A stretch of 63,711 bases of DNA, filler included, from Sluysia triapertura (GCA_046118255.1; 5 parts of 5 records of this genome joined end to end with filler, not necessarily neighbours in it); one strand, 5' to 3'. Shown: positions 1 to 13,529, numbered from the whole stretch's first letter. Translations and numbers: made by a program. The notes: generated from the letters alone by a model not told the origin.

Positions 1-599
1 CTAATTTATATAGTTGCTTATTTGTTTATTTTTAAGCCTCATTTTAATGAAGAACTTGAAATCATTTATTAATTTAATGTAGTAATTACTAGAACCTCAA
101 TACTTATTGAACTGGCTACGCGCAATTGTATATTTGATTTTAAATCCTGCTGACAAACGCTTAATTGTCTAAGATTGCGATCACTAGCGAACTTAGTAAT
201 ATAAACAAATTGTGAATTTAGATTTTACACTTAAAACCCGATCAATAATTAAATAAAATGAGTGTAATATGATAATAATTGAAGATGATAAAGTACATAA
301 AATTTGTCTTTAAATTACTGTTCATTATTTAATAAAAGTATTTTATTTTATTGAACAGAACAACAAATAAAATTTAAATATAATAGTATTGATTATTTTC
401 TGTCCTATTGTTCACATCTTTACCACCAAAGTGTTTTAATCTTGGTAATAACAAATTTATTTTAAAAATTTCTGTTATTTTTCTTTCTAATGTAATTACA
501 ATAGGAAATTATCAAATTCAAGTATGATTTTATCAAGACTTGCTTATAAATGAAATAAATAAAAATCTGTTGTAATGAAATCATTTATTATTCTCAAAG

Positions 600-1337
600 T
601 TTTCATTAAATCAGAATTACATTTATTGAAAATGACAAATATTTTCCGTGTGCGACACAGATTAATTGCTAGCCATCTTCACTGAACTTATTAAGTGTTG
701 TTTTAAATCGATGAGAAGAAGCGTTGTCTTGCTGAAGTTTGACATACTTCTTTTATCAAACCATAGTACTTATCACCATTAAGAGTTGATGGAACCACAC
801 CTAAAGCTAGCTTTTTATCATAAATTATGACACCACATACCATAAGTGATCATCGACAACAAATTCTCTTAGAAAATATTTTGTTTGAATTCTTTAGATG
901 ATGCTAATAGTATTTATAACCATCAGAACCATTCAAATTAAATTTCTTCTCATCTGAGAACATTATCTTGGTCCAGTCAGTGTGGTTATTAATATGATTT
1001 TGGGCAATTTTAATTCTTGCTATTTTATGAGCATCAGTAAGTGGAGGTTTAGCAAGCATTTTAATGAATTCGACCTCACCACTATTTTTTAATATTTTCC
1101 ATACTGTTGTTTTACTGCGAGTTGTATTTTTCGCATACCTTATTAAACTCCTTTTCTGACGATTAGAAAGTGCCTTAGGATGGTCCATTTGTTTCCATTA
1201 CTTTTTATAATTATTATCAAAATAAGTGGATATTGCATGTCTTGTTCTGTTTAACTTTTGGCATTATTTTCCCCTTTTTTAAGTATGAATCAATCTTTCC
1301 TTTTTTTGTATTCACCAAGTTTAAATCCATACACCAT
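600..1337 (-). mobile_element. Degenerate Tc1/Tc3-like transposase
   Basis: ORF 904-1188 contains KPPLTDAHKIAR...WTKIMFSDEKKFNLNGSDG (Tc3-type FSDEKKFNLDGPDG). Upstream HTH-like remnant starts at ATG 1337; frameshifted continuation downstream. No TIRs recognised. Confidence 0.9.
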
Positions 1338-2445
1338 TATACGACAAATATTAAAATAATATAAATATTTATTACCGAATAAAGTTCGCTAAAAATTTTA
1401 CAGTTAAACTGATATTTCGAATCTTAGGCCCCATTATTTCAATTTTCGTAGGATGGCGATGATCACGATTCATGTCGAGCTGCTCCAATAGCTTTATGAG
1501 TCTTCAAGTCTCTTTCCGGTGACAAATAACGGTAATTTTGAATTTGTCTTAGTAAATTTATCTAATTTTAAACTGTATCCAACAAATCGTAGCGCTTTTT
1601 TCTTTTCAGGGACAGAATCAATGTACGTCTGGTATTTCATCGGTTTGATTTTGTTTTCTAATGCTGATAATGCAAGTTCTATACTGTATCTATTATACGA
1701 CACTGTTTTCGATCTGAAATTTTTCTTTAGCTTTCGAGTAAGCAAAACAAGATCTTAGTGGCTTAATCCTAACGATTTTGAAACAATAGTTGAGTATTTA
1801 TCGCCTATGAGATCAAAGAAGTATTCTAAATGTGGATTCCAGGTATCCTTGTTCCTTTTTCCATTCATAACTGAAATAAAGCATATTACGGCTTCTAGTT
1901 AATTCTTCCGCAATACCTTCATCTTGGACTTCATCATTAAAAATTTGAAAATGTTTACAAAGCCATGTACATCTTTTTTTCCTTTTGATATATCATAATA
2001 AAATATTAAACATTATTAATAATATTTTAATAAAATAGACATTATTTAAAACATTTAAAATAAATTCTTTTGCTTCACTCATTTACCACCTACATTACAC
2101 ACATACACAAAAACGTAATCTTAAATATACGCCACCTATTCCAATGCGTAACACCATACCAATTCCACATATCCATAACCAAACATTAACTCTTGAAGTG
2201 ACAGTTTTACGAAGTTCTTAAATAGCTTTGAATAACGTTATCAAACATTAACCTTTAATTTAACTTTAATTTAATTTAAATCTTATCTATCTCTTTCATT
2301 TATTCATACTATTAGATTGCGATTTTCCCGCAAAAATTATAAACTACGATTGTCATTTTTTTTATTGTCAAGACTATATGTTTTATTTTCTTCTATTTTT
2401 CTTCTATACTATTATAATAGTGTATAACATTGTTATACAATAAAA

Positions 2446-2664
2446 TTGTTCACAAACTATTGGAACTGCTGGTGTTCAACACTCTATTTAACAGAACATG
2501 AAAGAGAAGATATAACGGCTACTGCACAACTTTATTTGAAATTGATTGTATTTACACAAATATGTAAAATTCTTGGTAGTGAACACATTGTACAGTCAGC
2601 TGATGATAAGCAGGAAAATAACATACGGAAACTAATAAAACAGTATTCATTCTCCAAAGAATGA
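2446..2664 (+). pseudogene. Fragment of the DZF domain C-terminus of a ZFR/ILF3(NF90)/STRBP-family protein
   Basis: LTEHEREDITATAQLYLKLIVFTQICKILG resembles the family motif QQREDITxSAQxALRLxAFxQIHKVLG. LLELLVF occurs just upstream in another frame; the rest of the gene is absent. Confidence 0.75.
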
Positions 2665-4701
2665 TAAACGTAATGTTATCAAGCTGGAGAGATTTTATAA
2701 ATTGTATTTGTTTTGAAATTAATTGTTATGTTTCATTGTCTAGTTTAGTGCAAGTAATTTAATTTATATGAGATCTGGTGGAATTTTTCAGCCTGATATT
2801 TGAAAATGGATTTAACAATAATAAAAATAAGTTTCATTGTTGTATTTCTTAAGTCTTTTTCCTTTTCTATCTTAAAAGTATAATATTAAAATCATAAATT
2901 ATGTATTAGCAGTTTCATTTATTTTAACACTCATTGAAGATGATAACAATTCAACGCCATTTACACATTAAATTTGTTTCGTTATACGTTTTTAAAAGGT
3001 TATTAAGCGATTTGGAAAAATCTATATTTCAAACACACAAAAAAGTAGATTTCAAAGCAGTTTTTAAACCAGTTTTAGAGTTTAAAAGAAGTCCATAAAC
3101 AAAAAAAACTTATACTGCTAATCTATCTTATTCAGAACCAAAGAAAAATAATCTTATATTAAAATTAAGAATATTTAATTCTATTTTGAAAAATGCACTT
3201 AATATTGTTATGCTTTCAAAACTGTAGTGGTCAGTTCACCAATTTCACTAAATATTTAGTTTGTGATTACAATACCAATAAGAGAGGGTGTGAAGTGCTC
3301 GCTTTTATTAATTGTAAAATTAAAAATTACGCATCTTTGTTAAATAAATAAATAAATAAAGTTTAAGACCTATCATGTCACATAAATCTCAATCGAAAAG
3401 TATTGATAAGATGTACTTATGTTTTTATTTTAAATTTTACGATGGGATAATCGAATTTAAAAAAAAATTATAAAATTTGTTTTTCCAAGCTAAATTCATT
3501 ATGTACATATTTTGATAGGTCATTTATATATGTTAAATATATATAAAATTCTTAAATATTTTATGGAATTAATTTAATTTTGCATTTCAATAAAATATTG
3601 CTACTTGTCAAAATAGATTAATACTGAATAATAATAATAACAATAATAATAATAATAGTAAATAATAATGTAATATAAAGAAACATCGTCTAAATTAAAT
3701 AAACAATTGTCAAATTTGTTTACATATCTTCATTATAATTTAAATTTTGATTCAAATTCAATTATTTGAATACTTCTGTCATTTGCAACAATAAAAATTA
3801 TTTTATTTTCATTATATTAATTTATAATTTAAATCGTTTAATTAACTCTTTATTAATTGGACAAAAACAGGTGAAAAGACAAATACAAAGCTCGATTACA
3901 TTTGATTCTAAGTCAAGATATATGCTTCAATAGTATATATATGCTCTACCCATTGAACTATCAAACAATTTCTTTAGTCAGTATTACCATCACAATTCTA
4001 CATGGCACTTTATAACGTCTTTTAAATAATTTAACTAATTCTTAACGTTAAGTTAAAAATTGAAAAAGTCAAATTAAAATTGAACTTTAATTATAAATTA
4101 AATTAACACGAATAAAAGATAAATATCGAAAATAAATATTATAACCAAGAAATGTTAAATTACAAATCAAATAATCGTAAAAGAATAAACTTTATACAGC
4201 AGCACTAATAACATAAAATTTATACAACGAAAACAGTTATAGCCCACAAAATATTAATATATAGTCAATTTAAAACGAAGTAATAACAATTTTCTATCCG
4301 CCCTCTGCTAATTCAATAATTTCCTTTTGAATTAGAAGCGAAATTAGCTCATTTATTCGCATTCAATTCCTTTTTGACTCGAACACTCCGACAATAAAAT
4401 TAGTTTTGACAAGTTTTGGGTTATTAAGAGTTAGAGCATTTAAAATTTTTCGTTAAATATTGAGAATCGTCTATCATGTTTGGAAATAAAGATTACTAAT
4501 AAAAAGATGATAAACAAATAAATCTACTAGACCTTATAAGATGTGGATTCTAGCCATTTTTAAGAATATTTTGTGATTGAGCTAGATGAATTTGGATAAT
4601 GAGCGATGTACTTCAGAAAACAATGAAGAAGAAAGGAAGTACTAAGAAATGTGTTTTTATAAGAAAATATCTACATTAATAATTTTAAATGATAATAATA
4701 A

Positions 4702-5030
4702 TGTTGGAATACAGACCTAAAGCGCCATGTAGTATAATGGACTAGTATAATCTAAAAATTGTCAGTGGGTAGAGCATCGAATTGCGCAGCAATAGATTCC
4801 CTGTTCGATCCCCGGTCAGTCCATCTTATGAAGTCTAACATTTGGTGAGCCCACTTATCGAATACTCTTCTGATGTTGAAATTAATTATTTATAAGATGT
4901 TTGAGGACAAACATAATTGAGATACGTTTGGATCCAAGCCTAAAGTGCCACATAGTATAATTGATTATAGTAATCTAAAAATTGTTAGAAGAGGCTGTTA
5001 TCTCAGTGGGTAGAGGTCCGAAATCTAACA
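4702..5030 (+). mobile_element. tRNA-LTR TRIM, two-LTR copy A
   Basis: LTR1 4702-4840 (TGTTGG...GTCTAACA), PBS-like TGGTGAGCCCA 4843-4853, short internal region, degenerate LTR2 4925-5030. Flanks ATAA/ACAA. Confidence 0.8.
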
Positions 5031-5079
5031 ACAATAATAATAGTTTTATAAAATTCATCAAAAACATCATTATTATGGT

Positions 5080-5173
5080 AAATATAATTATTATAATTAG
5101 TACAATAATAATTATTATTATTCATATAATAATAATTATTATTACTATTATTATTATTATTATTATTATTATT
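5080..5173. repeat. Imperfect (ATT/AAT)n microsatellite
   Basis: Runs of att/aat; this explains the poly-Ile and poly-Asn ORFs. Confidence 0.9.
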
Positions 5174-7149
5174 GCTTTCCTCATAGTTAATCTCTGAATT
5201 CATTCAAGATTAAAGTGTTTAATATCGATTTTATTTAATATGATGTGTAAATCAACAATTTCAAAAGAAATTTTAAATTGACTTGGGTTTTGCTTTGTTT
5301 CTATTATATTGGTTTTATTAATAAATGCTGATAAAACTGAAAAAGTAGCAAGTGTGCGGAATTATATGTAAAAGATAACATTTTCCCTAAATTATAACTT
5401 AGAATTGTTTCTTTGTTTATTTATAGATGTCCATAAAATTTATTAATGTTAGATATCTAGATAATCTATTTTTATCAAATTATGTATTAATATTTAGTAT
5501 AAATTACAATAGTGACATGCTCTTACCTTTTTATAATAGTGGTGCTTACCAAACATCAAAGTGATTCAACAACAAAATAAAAGCTTATGAATCAAAACTG
5601 GGATTTTGAGAATTGAAACATGCAAACTAGATAACGTTTTTTTGATTTTCTTAGTTCTATGTTTAAAGAAGCGACTTCATAAAAGGAAAACTACATATTT
5701 ATAAATTTTATTCCTGTGTCACAGGTCTGAATTTTAAAGAAAATTCACTTCTAAAAAAGAATAGAAGCTTCTAGAATGTTCTAGAACATTCCATCGATCC
5801 TCATTGGCTGATGACTAGTACATAAACTAGCATCAGTTTAATGAGAATCGCCATTTTGAAAAATCCAACATTTTGGTACAGCTTACAGTGTCTTTGATGG
5901 AGAAATTGTGGATTTTTTAGTAAATTTTTGTAATTCGCAGTTAATTCAAAAGATTGAAAAATATTTACTGGACTACAGCTATTCAGTTTCAATTCAGTTT
6001 CAATTATACATTTATAGGCTTAATTTCGATTTTAGAAATTGAAATTTCAAAATATACTTAAATTTCTAATTATTTGTAAATTTTTAAGTCCCTGATATAT
6101 TTAGAGGTAATATCTACTTAAAATATTTTGGTAAAATAATTATTTTTATATTCTTTTATCTTACTACTATTATTGTTAGAATTTTGTATTTTATAAATAA
6201 AATTAAAATTCTTAAAAGTTTAAGCATAAATTATTAAAGTTTTTTAAGCACCTGTTAAGATCCTAATTACATAATATTTATACTTAGACAGACTATTAGC
6301 TTAAATAGTTACAGAAACGTCCTCTTCTCAACAAAAGACGTTTACTGTAACTGGACCCTGCTCAAAAAATGCTTTGGCATTATTATTAATAAATTTTATA
6401 ACATTAAATAGTGGTAATAATAGTAATGAAAATAATGAACTGGTAAATCACGCATCACAAGAAAGTTGATAAGTAAATGTTGTCATTAAAACCTTAAAAT
6501 ATGTTTTAAGATATAAAATTGATAAAAGTACATTTGTTAATTAAATTAATTAAAATAGGTTTTTTAAATAACTTTTGATTAAAGTGATATTTTTGGAAAA
6601 GCTGTACAACAAATTGTTATTTTAACTAAATCTAAAAGTGTTCACAAGGAATTATTTATCATAGAATAATAGGATAAACTAGAGTGAATCTTTGTGACGG
6701 AATGATTCCGAATTTGATATTTATTTAATCGAAAAAACATGACGTTGACATATTAAGCATTGAAAAATATTTTTATACGTTGTGAGGAAACATGATTATA
6801 AAAATTATTATTTTTAAGTGAGATATGTTTAATTTAATATAATTTAATGTAGATTAGTCATTTTAATTTGATATCAATTCTTATATCAAATGAGTGTCGG
6901 TTTCGCAAAGACAGATAAACTTATTATATTTTGATTATTTGTTTAAGTTAGACTTAATTGAAAATTTCCTATATAAGTGAGTTGATTTCACATTATTTTA
7001 TTTCATGTGACACTATAATTTGCTCACTCTTCATGTTAATTGTTAATAAACCATTATTCCAAAATGGTTAAGTTAAAATAATAAAAGACAATAAAGTTAT
7101 TAAAAGAAAAATCTTGATATTTACTAGGAATAGTTTAAACTGCGGCTAT

Positions 7150-7387
7150 CGTCAATAAATGACCTGATGAATTGCTTCTGGAACGGGTGTCGCTTATCTA
7201 TTATCTATGTTATGAATATCTGATTTCATTTATACATGCATGGCATAGAAACTCACATAATTTATTACTATTTGGTCTAATTATAAAGAATTATTTCCTT
7301 TTTATAACTGAAATAAGTATTGAGAAAATTTCAAATTTGAAGAAGTTCCATTTATGGAAGAAGGTAGACTGTATTTTACAGGGTTAA
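7150..7387 (+). pseudogene. Fragment of a ferredoxin-NADP-reductase-type NAD(P)-binding domain
   Basis: IASGTGVAYLLSML from 7171 (cf. GTGIAPF), then LLLFGLIIKNYFLFITEI in another frame (cf. LFFGCR...DFLFxxEL). Stops and frameshifts present. Confidence 0.45.
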
Positions 7388-7519
7388 TATAATCAATAAA
7401 ATTATTAACGATTTTAATATTAAAAAAGGTTTACATAAACAAATTCAAATATGACTGTAATTTCACTAACCAAAAAAAGAATTTACTAACATTATGTACA
7501 GGAAAAATATGTTTTTCTT

Positions 7520-7924
7520 TGGTGATCCATCAAAAAGTGTCGTTTGGGAAAATGTGGTAGAAAGAAGAAAATATCAGTGAGAAATGAGAGATATTTGGTG
7601 GAACTTTCTATGATGAATTGTAAAACTACCAGTATGACTTTGTAGAAGCAGTTAGAGACATTCGGAATTCACGTCAGAAGGAGACTTGCAGTCAATGGCT
7701 TGCGAGCGAGACGACACCAGGGATGATTAGTAAAAGGTTGGCATGGACTAAGCAACACCAACATTTAACTGAGGATGAGTGGAATCAAGTGTGTTTTAGT
7801 GACGAGAGACCCAATGAGGAGTCTCTGATTGTGTCATAGAAACTGTGAGACATCCAACTTTTGATTAATAATTTCATAGTACCTTCGAAAAACGGTCTTT
7901 AGTCTAATTATTTGGCCACTACTG
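7520..7924 (+). mobile_element. Tc1-like transposase remnant with 3' TIR
   Basis: RRLAVNGLRARR...KRLAWTKQHQHLTEDEWNQVCFSDE at about 7678-7806. Right end reads CAGTAGTGGCCAAATAATTAGAC on the minus strand and is followed by TA. Confidence 0.8.
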
Positions 7925-8104
7925 TAAATAAAATTAAATCTGTGTTAAACAATAAATAATTTAATAATAAATTCATAATTAATTTAATTAATTTAGTTTT
8001 TAGAATAATTATTTATTTTCCTAATCAAAAAATGAATCAATTTAGATTGTACTATAAATTCATTTTAATATTTTATTAATTGATTAAGTTATTTTAAGAT
8101 ATTT

Positions 8105-8900
8105 CTGGAAATAAGTAACCGAACCGCAAACTTAAATAAAAATTAGATATCAAAAACGACAAATTTAATACGTATATTTAGTATTTACAAATGTTCAAAA
8201 TGTCCACTTTGAACTTCAATAAAAGCACCACATCTTTTGACAACACTTCAACAAATTTTCTGACAACTTTCCTCTGAAATTTGGTTCCATTCGTGCTTTG
8301 TTTTAGTTGATCAATTGTCCTAGGCGTTTTAGTATAAACTGCGTTTTTTAAAATTCCCCACAGAAAAAATCCTGGGATCTTGCAGGCCATTCGATTGGTC
8401 TTCGGCGTCCAATATAACGTCCAGGAAATGTTTCATCAAGCCATTGTCGAACATCTTTGGTTTAATGCGCATCTTGTGAAAATGAAGATAACCTTTAGTG
8501 TTCAGTATATCGAGGAAACGTTCACCATTAACAGTGCTTTCAAAAAAGACAGGGCCAACTAGGCCATTGCTGCCGATTTCAAGCCAGACTATGACTTCTG
8601 TTTCAATAATACGATAGGGATTCTCACTGTCCCAATGAACAATAATGAGTCTGTAATGTGCCAATTTGGTCATTCGCTGCATTTTTAAGAATGAGAGTTC
8701 AGAAGAAAAACCAAACAATGACGTCAGAACAAAATCAATAAGATCACGCAACAAAACTCATTCCAAAGACTACCATTCGCAGAATGAAATGAATAGTAGC
8801 GAAGATAACATAAAATGACATAAAAGAAGAGATTACATTTGTCGTTTTTGAAACCTAATTTTTATTTGAGATTGCGGTTCGGTTACTTTTGGGACACCTT
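8105..8900 (-). mobile_element. Internally deleted Tc1/mariner (maT/DD37D-like) element, copy 1
   Basis: Inverted ends AAGTAACCGAACCGCAAACTTAAATAAAA / ...GCGGTTCGGTTACTTTTGGGACACC. Peptides HWDSENP, VWLEIGSNGLVGPVFFESTVNGERFLDIL, FFLWGILKNAVY. Confidence 0.9.
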
Positions 8901-11626
8901 TGCTGGGATTACCTAACTGTAGATCAGGAGGTGAGTAAGAAACATATAGAACTATAAAACAAGGAAATTGATGGATTGAACATTATAAACATTGCTGAAA
9001 TAAGAATCATGAAAAAGAAAACATTTATAATGATCTAACAGCTACAGAATATCTTAAGGTTCCAAAGACCTATATAAGGGTTTGGACTTTATGGAAGCTT
9101 GAGATGGATTAGAAGCATTAGAACTTTAGAACCTTTAGACCATTTAAGACCTTAGTAATCTTTAAGTATTTTGGAACATCAGTGAGCATTTAAGATCCTT
9201 TAGTAATCTTAAAGTATTTAAAATCTTTGAAATATTTGAGAAATAAAATCATTGTTATTGGTATTAAGAATAAATCTAGTATAGTAATAATTAAAACGGA
9301 GAGTAGAAAAAAGAAGCAGAGAGGTGAAGGAGATAACATCTATAGCCTCCTGAATGCCTTATAAACTACTGAATAACTTTAGAGTCTTAATAAAACCTTT
9401 AAACAGAGAATAAGATTAAGAATTAAAAACATATTAATTAATTAAAATCTTAATTAACTTAATTAAGAAAAAAATACGTTTTTGTGAATAACTTTTGAAT
9501 GCGGAATGCAATGTTGAATTTGAAACTGTGTATGTATTTGTTTTGAAAAGACTTTTCGATGAAGTTATGGTTTGATCGAGTTCATGCGAAGAAGGCATTA
9601 ATATTGAGCAAAGTCAAATTATAATTAATTTTAATTATGGAATGTTTAATTTTTTATACTTAGAGTGATATAAATGTAATGAATGGAATATGAGATGATT
9701 GCTATGAAAGAGGAGAATCTATAAGTGAGTTTGTTTGAGAATAAGAACCTTAAAACATTTTCATTAGAAAATTTGGAGTGAAAAACCAGAATCAATTAAA
9801 TTCTGAAAACTAAAATTAAATTACTTAATTTTTATGTATGCTAACAATAATAATGATTATTATTTTAATGTGAGAATTAATTTAAGTAAAAGTAGATTGA
9901 GTAGAGGAAAGGAAAATAATAGATAATAATCGTAAATAAAATTTTTGTGTTCCGTATCTAATACAGTTTGACAATTTGTACTATGTAAGTGTCAAAGTTA
10001 TTATTGCCGGATTAATTCTCAATGAATGTTGCAGTGATATATGAGAAAAAGTTTAATCATAAAATTTGAAATTGTTGGATGAGAAAATATAAAAAGGAAA
10101 ACTTAAAAATTTTATTACACAACATAACTGCAACTACAACGGCAATACAACAATAATAACAATTAGTAATGCAAATGAGAAGATCCATGCTTTAAGTAAT
10201 TTTTGAATTTATTTTATAATTAAAAGTAATATTATTTTTTGAGGATTTTATTAAAATAGTTTTTGTTCTTGTGTTTTACTGAAAAATTTATATTTGATAA
10301 TCTTGAATAATATTTGTGTCACCTCTGGTTTCTTGTGATAGATTTTTATATCCTTGAAACTATTATAAACGTTATTGTTAATCTCACCATTTTAATCATT
10401 TTTAGTACTGCTTAATAGAGATTTATAATAATACTAATTTGTAATTGATTTTTTAATCAGTAAATTGTTGTGTTGTTGTTATTGATTTGATTTCAAAGAG
10501 CTTAATTTTGGGGTGAATAGTAATTGATATTAAATAAGAGAATGATTGAAAATTTATATTTAATCTAGTGAATACTTAAATAATTGAGATTCTTTTTAAC
10601 CTAATTAAATTAATATTTATTTTAAATAATGACAGAATGACAAATAGCAACAGAATGACAAGTAAAAATAACTTCAATAGGATAATTCGTGGGTTAAAAG
10701 CTTTATGTAAGCGATTTTGGATGAACGATGAAATAAGATAATCATGAATTACAAGGTTGTTAACAGAAACCATTTAAAACATTAAATGATGTTAGAATAA
10801 GGCCATCTTGAAATTTTTAATAGAACAGACATTGATTAAATTATTATTATAAAAATATATAATTTGTACACATTTATTTAATATTTAGTGAACTAAATCA
10901 AAGATGGAAACATGAATGAATGAATCAACAATGAAAATTTGTTTTAACTCCATTAATTATTTATTTATCTGAAAGTAAATCTAAAAATGCTATGTTACAC
11001 AAATTCTTTTCTAATACCACAATTAATTCATCGAATTGATTTCTGTCATAGGATGTATTTTTCCTTCGTAATAATTAATTCAATTCCAAAGTGAATAATT
11101 CTTATTTAGTGCCACATATTTGATAGTGGTTTAGAATAACTTTAGTGATTGTTATAAGACAAATTAATTCTTCTTAATCTGAAAATTACTGTCGTAAAGC
11201 GAAATAATTACTTTCCAGCAAATTGATAGACTATTTAACATTTATAAGGAGACTTTTTTAGAAAAATTGAAGCACAAACACACAACGAGTGTACGTAAAA
11301 TAATGAAAAATGATAAGGATAAAACAATAAAAGCGATGTTGCAAGTATAATGATTAATTGTTGCCGTTATCAACGATTGTTATGTGCCTAATATCTGGAA
11401 TGAGGGAATTTTGCGTCTAGGTGAAGAAAGGTTGAAAAAGTGAAGTGATTATTGTTTTGTAGAAAATATGTAATGTAAGAATTTATGTTATAATATATAG
11501 ATATTAACGTGTTGTGATGGACTAATTGTTTAGCTAATATGTAAATTTTGTTTAAATGGTTAATTTTTGTTTTATGTGAATGGACAACGTAATATTAGAC
11601 TTTGAATTATTAGATGTACCACTAGA
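8901..11626. repeat. Modular repeat family member E1
   Basis: 8901-9245 resembles 26930-27300; 9340-9545 resembles 28505-28700; 10630-10750 resembles 54826-54925; 11285-11626 resembles 56095-56414. Confidence 0.75.
10576..10773 (-). CDS. Small hydrophobic peptide of the modular repeat (paralogue of 54674-55051)
   Basis: SFIQNRLHKAFNPRIILLKLFLLVI versus SFIQTRLHKSSNQRIILFKLLLLVI, with many synonymous codon differences. Confidence 0.45.
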   Translation of the reverse strand: MVSVNNLVIHDYLISSFIQNRLHKAFNPRIILLKLFLLVILLLFVILSLFKININLIRLKRISII

Positions 11627-12376
11627 AATAATAACATACAGCAATCTTAATGATGGGTAATATCGATAATATAATTACTGTTTATTATTATTAATTAATA
11701 ATGATTCATTCATTCGGTCGACAATGTTGAATCATAAAGATCAAAGAAATTGTAAAATTGTTTGGCTGACCATATTTGATTTTGAGAAGCATTCTGAATA
11801 TTTAAATAAAATAAAAAAGAAAATCATATCACAATTATTGGCCGGTGGCAATGGACTTTATCAATAATTCATTTGGTGAATTAAATGTACTTTTAATTTT
11901 CCGAGAAAGACTGCTATAGGGAGCTCTTTTAATATTGCAACTTGATTCAATACTTATTGCACTGGGAGTCAATTCACTAAATCACTGTATCCATGACATT
12001 ATTAGTATCCTCGAGATTTTATGTAAAATGTATCAATTTCATTTGTTCAAAACATGACAACACAACACTGTGTGTGTGTTTGATCATTATCTTTCCATTA
12101 TGTTTCACATGCTATTGCATAAAATGAATAATCAACAAAAGAAATATGCAAATGCTTCACATTAAAACTTAATCTTACAAAATAAACTGAAGGTTAAGTC
12201 CACCTAATAAGCACTATTTATATCAAAGTAGAAGACGTGTTATTAGGATTTACAGCAAGTAGCAAAAAACAAGAAAAAATTATTTTATGTAAAACGTTAT
12301 TTTTAATGTAGATTGAAATAGTCGTATTACGACCTAGTATATAAAATCAATTTAAACTAGTCTAGTAACTGTTTAA

Positions 12377-12448
12377 CTCGTTCGCTACCAGCCGGCACAT
12401 ATGTGTGCCATTGTATATATAATAAATTATACCCTGGTAGCGAACGAG
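12377..12448. mobile_element. 72-bp TTAA-targeting (piggyBac-type) MITE
   Basis: Perfect 15-bp TIR CTCGTTCGCTACCAG at 12377-12391 and 12434-12448, TTAA on both sides, internal near-palindrome GGCACATATGTGTGCC. Confidence 0.85.
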
Positions 12449-13251
12449 TTAAATAAATTTCAGCGTTAAGAAATTTAACTAGTCTTTTGCGGCCTAGTGT
12501 ATACATTTATTTTTTCTTTTTAATTATTTTATTAACTCTAAAGAAAATAACGAATTTATAGCGTTTATTAAATAAATTTTTATATACTTAACAAAAAATA
12601 AATATAAGTATTTTCAACAATATTAAATCCTTTAGTATTTCAGGGTTTTAAGTAGGAAATTAATCTGGCCTTTTAATAGAATTTAAGTAATATTTTAAAT
12701 CTAAATTACAGTGAGATTTAATAACCTATTTATAAAGAAATTACTTGTGCATGGAAAATTGGAAGTTGGTCTCGGAGTTTTTCGTTAAAAGGAATTGAAA
12801 ATTGAACTTGAAAGGAAAATTTTGCTATGGCGACCAAATGTCCTTTGTCTTTATATAGAAATTTGGGCAGCCATATTAAGTATTTATTGTTTAATTAATT
12901 TAAACAATTGAAAAATTTATTTTAAAATATTTATTATTTTAATAATGATTATTAATAATTTTAAAACGTCAATTTAATTATTTTATTTTCTAATGTTTTT
13001 GTATTAACTTTACAGAATATTATGAATATATAATATTGATAATGATTTTAATAAATCAAATAAAATAATAAACAAAATTAATAAAACAAATAAAATTTGT
13101 AATAAAATTATAATAATAAAAATTTATCACTTAAAATTTATACCATGATTTAAAAAACATAAGACGGTAATAAAAAGGTATTTTAAGGATTAAAGCTCCG
13201 AGAGCGTTTAATCTATTAACTATATTATCGGGGACTTAAAAATTACAAATA

Positions 13252-13351
13252 NNNNNNNNNNNNNNNNNNNNNNNNNNNNNNNNNNNNNNNNNNNNTTAAT
13301 TAATTAANNNNNNNNNNNNNNNNNNNNNNNNNNNNNNNNNNNNNNNNNNNN
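13252..13351. other. Artificial scaffold linker
   Basis: N44-TTAATTAATTAA-N44. Confidence 0.97.
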
Positions 13352-13529
13352 GGAACCTATTTAACTTTAATTTTAAATCATAAAAATTAATTAAAATAAC
13401 TCATTTTACGTTATCTACGTCGCAATACTTCATCATTAAAAACACTAATAAAACTCAATATTACACACTAAATCCAATATCATTTTATAATGAACAAACA
13501 TTTTTATTAAGTTCTCAAATTAAGTAAAT

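Noticed and set aside
4982-5203. Poly-Ile and poly-Asn ORFs
   Set aside because: Translations of an ATT microsatellite.
13296-13307. TTAATTAATTAA inside N runs (four times)
   Set aside because: Artificial six-frame-stop linker. Adjacency across these gaps is also unproven.
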